The translations under genes and the position numbers were made by a program. The notes under the pieces were generated by a model. The model saw only the letters and a program-made list of their open reading frames with translations, was not told where the DNA came from and did no database searches. A DNA stretch of 64,000 nucleotides from Candidatus Latescibacterota bacterium (GTDB lineage Bacteria; Krumholzibacteriota; Krumholzibacteriia; WVZY01), in assembly GCA_963791045.1 (NCBI GenBank), contig CAWBQK010000013.1:52694-116693 (forward strand), written 5' to 3'. Below are positions 16,684 through 23,812 of the stretch, piece after piece. Within the stretch, counting starts at the first letter, position 1. Each line of letters starts with the position of its first letter.

Positions 16684-19386
16684 CTACTCGGCAATGATCC
16701 GAACTATAAAACTCACACCGGTTGCTGACGCTCCACCGGGTTCAAGAACTCCGGCGAGAACAAAACGCACATGCGTAACGTTCGCGTCGAAGTTGACCGG
16801 TGCACCGCCACCACCGCTGACCGGCGTGTACGTCCACGACGTACCGCCGTCATTCGAATACTGCGGCGTTACGCCGGTAATCGAAGCCGGTGGTGTGCCA
16901 GGGTCAACGGAACCGACACGGAACTGCGTGAACGCCGGAACCGCGTCTATGACCGCAAGGGTCTGAAGCGAATCCGTTCCGAGGTTCTGATAGTCCGTGG
17001 TGTATGTAAGCTCCGAGCCCGGTGTTTGCGGGCCCGCGGGAGCCACTGCCTTGGTGATCTGGAGATCACCGGCTGTTATCAACGTGATGTCGATCGCGTC
17101 GTCGCTCACGAGCGTGACGTTGCCTGTAGCGGTCAACGTGCCCGTCTCAACCGTTCCAACGGTCGCCGTACCGGGAACCATGACCTGAGCGATAACCGTA
17201 ACGCTGGCGCCGGGGTTGAGCGTTACATCGGCCAGAGGGTTGTTGAGCGTATCGTAGAACAGATACGTCCATCCCTGCGACGAGACGTACGACAGCGCGA
17301 ACGTATCGGCCACGTTACCGGTATTGGTTACCGTGTGCGTGTAGCGGATCGTCCCGCCGGGTGTCGTGCTCCCGTTCTGATCGGGAGAGAAATCAACCGC
17401 CGCAAAGTTGTTTATCGTAACTGTGTTGGCGATAGTGTCCAGAATGGTTCCGTTGGCAACCGAGGTCGCTGTAAACGACACGGGGTTGATACCCGGAGCC
17501 GCACCCGCAGGAACATCCACACGGGCGACGATATTTACCTCGGCTCCACCCGCGATCGGTCCCACCGATACCAGTGTCGTGGTTTCGCCGGGATCGAGCA
17601 CACCGTTGCCGTTGGGATCGTCGTAGAACGTGACGTTCCATCCCGCGGGCACCGCATAGGTGAGCGTGTAGGAATCGCTTCCCCCACCCGTATTAACAAC
17701 ATCGAGCGGGAAATCAACCGACGTCGCCGGGTCGGCGGGCAGATCCAACGGATTGTTGTCCGTGCCCGGACCGGCAAGGTAGTTACCGATGTCCACGCTG
17801 ACCGGCGTCACGTTGAGGACGCGATCAGTCGTAAGGTTGAACTCGGTTGGATCGATCGTCGACTGGGCACGGATAACCGCGTCAAACGGTCCGCCGGCAG
17901 CCTGGCTGCCCGGGATTACCAGTCGAACGATAATGTCGACACTGTCGCCCGGCGCAACGGGGCCCACATCGGGGAGTCCGTCAAAACCGGTATCGGCGAG
18001 CGGAGTCACGCCATCTGACTGGAGCAAAAGAACGCCCCAGGTGGCGGGAAGTGTCGACGCCGGATCGGTGAGAATATTGATCTGATCGGCGGCATTGCCG
18101 TCGTTTCTTACGGTATTGACGAAGTCCACGGTCGTGCCCGCATCGGCGTTGGCGAGAGTCTGGAGATCGTCGTTGTACAGGGGAGGCGTACCGGCACCGG
18201 CGTCACCGGCAGGACCGATTACGATGTCCGCGAGACCGCCGATGGTCACCAGCGCGTTATTCGAAACGATCGTTGTCGGATCCGGTGTCACGGCGGTGTT
18301 GTCGATATAGGTCACGGCCGCGGTGTTACCCAGTGAACCGGCGCCCATGCCGATCGGAACGGTCGCCTGATACACAAAGTTGTAACCCTGACCCGGAATG
18401 ATCGCGCCGTTGGTCACATAACCGACGGCAAGGTCGCCCGGCCCTGCTACGAGGCCCCAGTTCCATGTTTCGGGATCTCCAGCGGTCGACTCGCCGGCGG
18501 GAAGATAAAGAACCGTTCCACCCGCTGGCGTACCAAACGGCACACCGGAAATTGCGAGAGGATTTCCCGTCGAAGGATCGGTCGGAATAATATCCCAGAG
18601 CAACACACCGGTAAGACCAACGGAACCAACGGTTACGCCGTTCGCGTTGTTGTTACCCGTGTTTGAACCGGAAAGCGTGTAGGTTACCTGGTTGCCTTCG
18701 AATACGATCGCGGGCGCGGCGGCGAGATTGGCCGTCATTACCGCGTCGTTCACAACGTCGGTCCTGTGATAATTGCGTGTGTCGATCTGTGCCGCGTCTC
18801 CAACAGAGACACCGGTCACACCGACGTAAGCAAGTTCACCCGAAACGGCGGCCGCGGGCACTGTGTAGGCGACGATAACACTGATTGTCTGCCCGGCGGT
18901 GAGAATCCCCGTATTGCCCGAAATGCCCCCGGCGCTCAGAACGGGTTCACCAAGATCCACCATGCCGTTCGAGTTGAGATCGTGATAAATCGTGACATCG
19001 ACGTTGTTGAGCAACATTGTTGAATTCGCAACGTCAACATTGGGAGACAACGTAAAGTCATCGTCGTCATTACCCGTGTTGGTCAGATCGTATCTATAAT
19101 ATACGGTCATGCCGGGCAGTGCATTCTGAGCCATCGCCGGAGTCAGGGGAGGCGTTTCACCCGAATCATCGGGGAGAATCGACACACCAAACACCGGAAG
19201 AACGATGGTGATGACTTCATTTGATGTCGCGGAATAATTGTTCCCACCCATGTCCTGGTAGGTCGCAGATGACCGGTTCCGGATCTGCGTACCGGCAGGC
19301 GTTGCCTGCGCAAAGACAGTTGTTGCCGTGACCGCGACGATCAACAGCAACATCACGGGAAGGGTGATGTAGACTCGTCTACTCAT
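16684..19386 (-). CDS. secreted 900-aa surface protein with multiple Ig-like/DUF11 repeats and C-terminal DUF11 module
   Basis: Signal peptide (MLLLIVAVTATTVFAQA). Repeated YxDxNGNG.DPGE and TNTGN motifs. The C-terminus LTYTTDYQNLGTDSLQTLAVIDAVPAFTQF is DUF11. No T9SS CTD. Confidence 0.85.
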   Translation of the reverse strand: MSRRVYITLPVMLLLIVAVTATTVFAQATPAGTQIRNRSSATYQDMGGNNYSATSNEVITIVLPVFGVSILPDDSGETPPLTPAMAQNALPGMTVYYRYDLTNTGNDDDDFTLSPNVDVANSTMLLNNVDVTIYHDLNSNGMVDLGEPVLSAGGISGNTGILTAGQTISVIVAYTVPAAAVSGELAYVGVTGVSVGDAAQIDTRNYHRTDVVNDAVMTANLAAAPAIVFEGNQVTYTLSGSNTGNNNANGVTVGSVGLTGVLLWDIIPTDPSTGNPLAISGVPFGTPAGGTVLYLPAGESTAGDPETWNWGLVAGPGDLAVGYVTNGAIIPGQGYNFVYQATVPIGMGAGSLGNTAAVTYIDNTAVTPDPTTIVSNNALVTIGGLADIVIGPAGDAGAGTPPLYNDDLQTLANADAGTTVDFVNTVRNDGNAADQINILTDPASTLPATWGVLLLQSDGVTPLADTGFDGLPDVGPVAPGDSVDIIVRLVIPGSQAAGGPFDAVIRAQSTIDPTEFNLTTDRVLNVTPVSVDIGNYLAGPGTDNNPLDLPADPATSVDFPLDVVNTGGGSDSYTLTYAVPAGWNVTFYDDPNGNGVLDPGETTTLVSVGPIAGGAEVNIVARVDVPAGAAPGINPVSFTATSVANGTILDTIANTVTINNFAAVDFSPDQNGSTTPGGTIRYTHTVTNTGNVADTFALSYVSSQGWTYLFYDTLNNPLADVTLNPGASVTVIAQVMVPGTATVGTVETGTLTATGNVTLVSDDAIDITLITAGDLQITKAVAPAGPQTPGSELTYTTDYQNLGTDSLQTLAVIDAVPAFTQFRVGSVDPGTPPASITGVTPQYSNDGGTSWTYTPVSGGGGAPVNFDANVTHVRFVLAGVLEPGGASATGVSFIVRIIAE

Positions 19387-19396
19387 AGTCCTTACC

Positions 19397-19888
19397 TCAC
19401 TTGATTACCGTTCTGTACGTTACAGTGATGCCTTGTTTTGGCTGGACGGGCTCCGAGAGAGCCCAACGGAGATGCGTCACCATGTCCGGTGTTGCCTCCA
19501 CCAATTCTTCCTCGCCGTTCTCGTTCGTCTGTTTGACGAGAATCGGCCAGGCCTGGTACGTTTTTCCTCCATCGATGCTGTACTCCACGTCGCCCGTTTT
19601 GAGCTCGGTGGCTGACGGATGGACGAATTCGGTACCCAACGGGATTCCGTCCGTTATGAAAATATTCTGTATGGGCTGGTCGCCGGTGTTGGTGTAGGTC
19701 AACCGATATTCAATTGTATCGTTTGGCCTCGCGTTATCAGCGGGAAGAAAATCTTCCACTCCCTGGTCGGTAACCACCACCCGAAAAGCCTCGAGACTGC
19801 CCGCCAGATCCCCCCCGGCGGCAAATGCCATCGATGCGGTCAATCCGAGAACAAGCAGAAACACCGCAAAGAAGCGCTTCTCTATCAT
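19397..19888 (-). CDS. small (164 aa) secreted DUF11-domain protein, first gene of the surface operon
   Basis: ORF 19397..20101 trimmed to ATG 19888, which is preceded by the perfect RBS AAGGAGG. Signal peptide (FFAVFLLVLGLTASMAFAAG). TIEYRLTYTNTGDQPIQNIFITDGIPLGTEFV is DUF11. It lies 10 nt upstream of the next gene. Confidence 0.8.
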   Translation of the reverse strand: MIEKRFFAVFLLVLGLTASMAFAAGGDLAGSLEAFRVVVTDQGVEDFLPADNARPNDTIEYRLTYTNTGDQPIQNIFITDGIPLGTEFVHPSATELKTGDVEYSIDGGKTYQAWPILVKQTNENGEEELVEATPDMVTHLRWALSEPVQPKQGITVTYRTVIK

Positions 19889-20147
19889 AAAGAGCCTCCT
19901 TAAAAACTCCGGTCCGTGGATAATTTGAAACGTCGCGGCGAGGATCGATGACGTACCGAGGGGTAAGATTTCTTCCCCGCCTGTCCGGTCAGGGAGACAG
20001 ATAGCAAGGAGTGAACCACCTATGAGAAGTGTCAAGGAACGATGACACCTCATGAGAAATCCCGCGTCGCTGTGGGGCGACCGACGGCGGTTTCTCCCCA
20101 ATCACGGAACGACGGGGTAATTCAAGACGCAACACGAACGCGCAACC

Positions 20148-20164
20148 CCTTGCAAGATGCAAGG
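20148..20164. promoter_or_regulatory. perfect 7-3-7 inverted repeat CCTTGCA-AGA-TGCAAGG in the divergent intergenic region
   Basis: It sits between the surface operon (start 19888) and the HK/NtrC operon (start 20236). It is a candidate regulator-binding site. Confidence 0.35.
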
Positions 20165-20235
20165 TTTCTGGCGAAGACACCCGGAACAGGCCGAAAAGTG
20201 TTGAATATTCTCCACCCAATGGCAATTATTTGGTC

Positions 20236-21300
20236 ATGGACTTACCATCGCGCGCATCAAGGTACAGGCTGGCAATAGTCCTGGTGGTGTCACTGGCGAC
20301 CGTGGCCTTCCATTACGGCCTCATCGTCAAGCCATCGGCGGGAGATGACGGATTTTTTCATGCGATACACGGGCGTCTCTGTTATATCCCGATCATCCTC
20401 GGCGCGATCTGGTTTGGGGTTCGCGGCGGCCTCGGAATCGCTCTTTTTATAACGGCGCTCACAATCCCATACGCCCGGTACGGCCCGCACGCCCAACACG
20501 GCGCGGCGATCGGCGAATACACCGAGATGATTTTCTATGTCGCGATCGGCCTCACGGCGGGGTTTCTTATCGAACTTCAAAGACGAGAACGTAAAAGGCG
20601 GGAGGAGATGGCCGACGAACTCGCCCGCCAGGAACACCTCTCATCGCTCGGGCAAATGGCCGCCGGTCTCGCCCATGAAATCAAAAACCCGCTCGGTTCG
20701 ATAAAAGGATCCGCCGAAGTCATTGGCGACGATTATCCCGAAGGCACGCGCAAACATGAAATCGTCGAAGTGCTTTCGAAGGAAACCGACAGGTTGAATC
20801 GCGTCGTGGAAGATTTCCTCAAATTCGCGCGGCCGCGGCCGATAAACAAAGAGATGCGCGGGTTGAACTTTCTGCTCGAGGAAGTCGTGTTGCAGATTGG
20901 AGTGGATGCAAACGCCCGCAACATCACAATCAAAAAAGACATCGACGTCGCACTTCCTGTGGCGCGGGTCGATCCCGAGAAAATGCGCCAGGTGTTTTTG
21001 AATATGCTGCTCAACGCCGTGAACGCGATGCCCGACGGGGGCACTATCCGTGTCGAAACCAAAGTGGACATCCGTGACGGCAAGAACGTCTTTCGCATCA
21101 CATTCATGGACGAGGGCGTCGGAATACCGCCCGAGGATGTCAAAAAAATATTCGATCCGTTTTTCACGCGGACGGACGGCGGGACGGGTCTTGGACTCTC
21201 GATTTCACACTCCATCGTCCAGGAACACGGCGGCCATATCGAGGTCGAACCCAACCACCCGCGGGGGACGTCGATTTCCGTTATCCTGCCCTTTAAATAA
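20236..21300 (+). CDS. sensor histidine kinase with membrane-embedded N-terminus (intramembrane-sensing type), HisKA + HATPase_c
   Basis: Four or five TM helices and no periplasmic domain. H-box LGQMAAGLAHEIKNPLGSIKG and N/G-box MLLNAVNAMPDGG...GTGLGLSISHSIV. ORF-track start 20230 is TTG. ATG at 20236. Confidence 0.9.
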   Translation: MDLPSRASRYRLAIVLVVSLATVAFHYGLIVKPSAGDDGFFHAIHGRLCYIPIILGAIWFGVRGGLGIALFITALTIPYARYGPHAQHGAAIGEYTEMIFYVAIGLTAGFLIELQRRERKRREEMADELARQEHLSSLGQMAAGLAHEIKNPLGSIKGSAEVIGDDYPEGTRKHEIVEVLSKETDRLNRVVEDFLKFARPRPINKEMRGLNFLLEEVVLQIGVDANARNITIKKDIDVALPVARVDPEKMRQVFLNMLLNAVNAMPDGGTIRVETKVDIRDGKNVFRITFMDEGVGIPPEDVKKIFDPFFTRTDGGTGLGLSISHSIVQEHGGHIEVEPNHPRGTSISVILPFK

Positions 21301-21311
21301 GAAAGCTGAGA

Positions 21312-22661
21312 ATGCCCAGGCCAACCATACTCATAGTCGATGATGACGCGAGCATCCGCAAAGTCCTCGGATTTATCCTCGAGGAGGCGGGCTATGCGAT
21401 TCGCACGGAATCGTCGGGCGCGGCGGCAATCGCGGCCATTGAGAGCAAACGGCCCGACCTCGTAATGACCGATATCAAGATGCCCGGGATGGACGGGATT
21501 ACGCTTCTCGGCGAAATTAAGAAAATCGACGACGGCATCCCCGTCATCGTGCTCACCGCGTTTGGCTCGGTGGAGACGGCCGTCGACGCCATGAAACTCG
21601 GGGCAATCGATTATCTCACGAAACCAATCAGCCGGGATGAGCTTACACTCACCGTCGAGAAAACGCTCCGGATACGACAACTCGAAAAAGAGAACGTGTC
21701 GTTAAAAGAATCTCTCGCCGACAAGTTCGATGTGGCGAACATCATCGGACACTCCCCCGCCATGCAAAGCGTATTTGAAATCGTCCGGAAGGTGGCGGCC
21801 ACGGACGCGTCGGTCCTGATAACCGGCGAAAGTGGAACCGGGAAGGAACTCATTGCAAGGGCAATTCACTTCAACTCCACCCGCAAGGATGCGCGGCTTG
21901 TCACGGTAAACTGCGCGGCGATTCCCGAGGACCTTCTTGAAAGTGAGCTTTTTGGGCATGTAAAGGGCGCGTTCACCGGAGCCATCAGGAAGAAGGACGG
22001 CAGGTTTCACCTGGCGCACAACGGGACCATTTTTCTCGACGAGATCGGATCGCTTCCCCGACCCCTCCAGGCAAAACTCCTTCGAGCGCTTCAGGAACAA
22101 GAAATCCAAAGGGTCGGCGAAGAAGAACCCACAACGGTCGACGTTCGTGTGATTTCAGCCACCAACCGTCCCCTGCCCGAGCTGATTCGCGACGGGGAAT
22201 TTCGCGACGATCTTTTTTACCGATTGAATGTCGTACCGGTCACCGTGCCACCGCTGCGTCAGCGCCGATCGGACATACCGCTTCTCGTCGATCACTTTAA
22301 GGGGGACGGAGGAAAGGTAACGTTCACCGCCTCGGCGCTCGCGGCGCTCGAGGAGTACGAATGGCCGGGAAACGTGCGCGAGCTGGAAAATTTTTGTGAA
22401 CGCATCGTGTTGATGTCAGGCTCGGGCACGATCGACGCCGCACCAGTACGGGAGCAGATCGAATTGATGAAAGCGGAACAAGCCCATATCGGATCACCGC
22501 AACAGGCAACGCTTCCCGAGGTGGAACGCCGCGCCGTGGTCGAAGCGCTTATCGACTGCAACTGGAACCAGTCGAAAGCCGCCCGCCGCCTCGGCATCCC
22601 ACGGCACGTTCTTCTCTATCGCATGAAGAAGTTCAACATCCACCGCGACCATTCCGACTAA
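21312..22661 (+). CDS. sigma-54-dependent response regulator, NtrC/AtoC family (REC-AAA+-Fis HTH)
   Basis: REC domain (LIVDDD...D at MTDIKMPGMDG). Sigma-54 activation AAA+ domain (GESGTGKELIARAIH, GAFTGA, ESELFGH). C-terminal HTH (NQSKAARRLGIPRHVLLYRMKK). Confidence 0.95.
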   Translation: MPRPTILIVDDDASIRKVLGFILEEAGYAIRTESSGAAAIAAIESKRPDLVMTDIKMPGMDGITLLGEIKKIDDGIPVIVLTAFGSVETAVDAMKLGAIDYLTKPISRDELTLTVEKTLRIRQLEKENVSLKESLADKFDVANIIGHSPAMQSVFEIVRKVAATDASVLITGESGTGKELIARAIHFNSTRKDARLVTVNCAAIPEDLLESELFGHVKGAFTGAIRKKDGRFHLAHNGTIFLDEIGSLPRPLQAKLLRALQEQEIQRVGEEEPTTVDVRVISATNRPLPELIRDGEFRDDLFYRLNVVPVTVPPLRQRRSDIPLLVDHFKGDGGKVTFTASALAALEEYEWPGNVRELENFCERIVLMSGSGTIDAAPVREQIELMKAEQAHIGSPQQATLPEVERRAVVEALIDCNWNQSKAARRLGIPRHVLLYRMKKFNIHRDHSD

Positions 22662-22732
22662 TAGCCCGGGACCATGATATACTGTTGAACCGCTCCCCGG
22701 AGACAAATACAACTAACGCTAATGGCCTGAAA

Positions 22733-23812
22733 ATGAACAAAATCGAAATCCTCAACTGGAAAACCAAAGATCTGTCGACGGATGGACCCTTTGATTTCCG
22801 GCTCGACCGCGGACCGGCCGGGCTGACGGAAACCGAAAATGCGGGCTCTACCGGCGAGCGTCTTCCCATCGGGGTTCCGGCGAGCCCGCCGGCGCTTCTT
22901 GAGACAGACGCGGGTCACATTGTCATCCACGGACACAGGCAGATTGACGCGGCACTTTCCGAAGGCGCCGCGTCGATACCTTCAATCGTTTATCCGGCAG
23001 ACACGCCCAGACAAACTGTCGTCACCCTGGCGCTCGAACAGTGCGCCATCCAGGGCGCCGGCCACCCGAGAGAAGAGAATAAACACAGCGGCGGCGCTCT
23101 TTCGGGCATCGAAAAGATCCTGGCGATTTACAAAACGAGTTTGTACGCAGGCGGCGGCCTTGCGGCGGCAGGCGAGCCGCTAAAATTGGACACGCCGGTG
23201 TCCCCCCCCGACTGGATCGTTCCATTGTATGCAAATCTGCTCGGACGGCGGGTCTCCAAGCCATACCTCGCAAGGACCTGCACGGCTCTTGCATTCCCGG
23301 CGTCCGAACTTCTCGCACTCGCGCGTTTCAATTTTACGATAGACCAGATCGCATCGATTCTCGTTCTCTCGCCGAAAGAGCGTGCCGCGGTCCTCGCCCT
23401 TCTCCGTGCCACCGCGTTTACGACGGCCGACCTCAGACAACTCGTCCGGCTCCTGATCCTGGCGCGCGGACGCGCAAAATTCGATCTCGAGCCGACGGCG
23501 GCGGCTGCGGCGAAGAACCAAAAGGGCGGTTCGGCGATCACCCGGGCAATTGAGATGGAGATTTATCCGGCGTTAACGGCCAGGAAACGGCGAATAGAGA
23601 CCAGTCTCCGGGAGATGAGGCTGCCGAATCGGTTACGGATCAAGCCACCGGAAAACCTAGAAGGGGATTCGTTTTCGTGTTACTTTAGGTTTTCTCGGCT
23701 CGAGGAACTTGCCGGTTATGTGGAATTACTCGGGCGGGCGGTGCAGGACGGCAGTGCGGGGAAGCTCCTCGATCTGTTGAATGACGGTGATGCGGACACG
23801 GAGGCACAATGA
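22733..23812 (+). CDS. hypothetical protein with weak ParB/sulfiredoxin-like N-domain
   Basis: ORF 22685..23812. Start chosen at MNKIEIL. HIVIHGHRQIDAALSEGAASIPSIVY resembles the ParB N-domain core. The rest is Ala/Leu-rich helical. Confidence 0.5.
   Translation: MNKIEILNWKTKDLSTDGPFDFRLDRGPAGLTETENAGSTGERLPIGVPASPPALLETDAGHIVIHGHRQIDAALSEGAASIPSIVYPADTPRQTVVTLALEQCAIQGAGHPREENKHSGGALSGIEKILAIYKTSLYAGGGLAAAGEPLKLDTPVSPPDWIVPLYANLLGRRVSKPYLARTCTALAFPASELLALARFNFTIDQIASILVLSPKERAAVLALLRATAFTTADLRQLVRLLILARGRAKFDLEPTAAAAAKNQKGGSAITRAIEMEIYPALTARKRRIETSLREMRLPNRLRIKPPENLEGDSFSCYFRFSRLEELAGYVELLGRAVQDGSAGKLLDLLNDGDADTEAQ

Noticed and set aside
19889-20101. N-terminal 71 codons of ORF 19397..20101
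   Set aside because: No signal peptide until the internal Met. The strong AAGGAGG RBS sits immediately before Met72, so the long N-terminal extension is probably untranslated leader.
19889-20235. Canonical sigma-54 promoter (TGGCAC-N5-TTGCA) for the surface operon or the TCS
   Set aside because: Not found on either strand. Only TTGCA-containing palindrome and a weak TGGCAA..TTGG abutting the kinase start are present.
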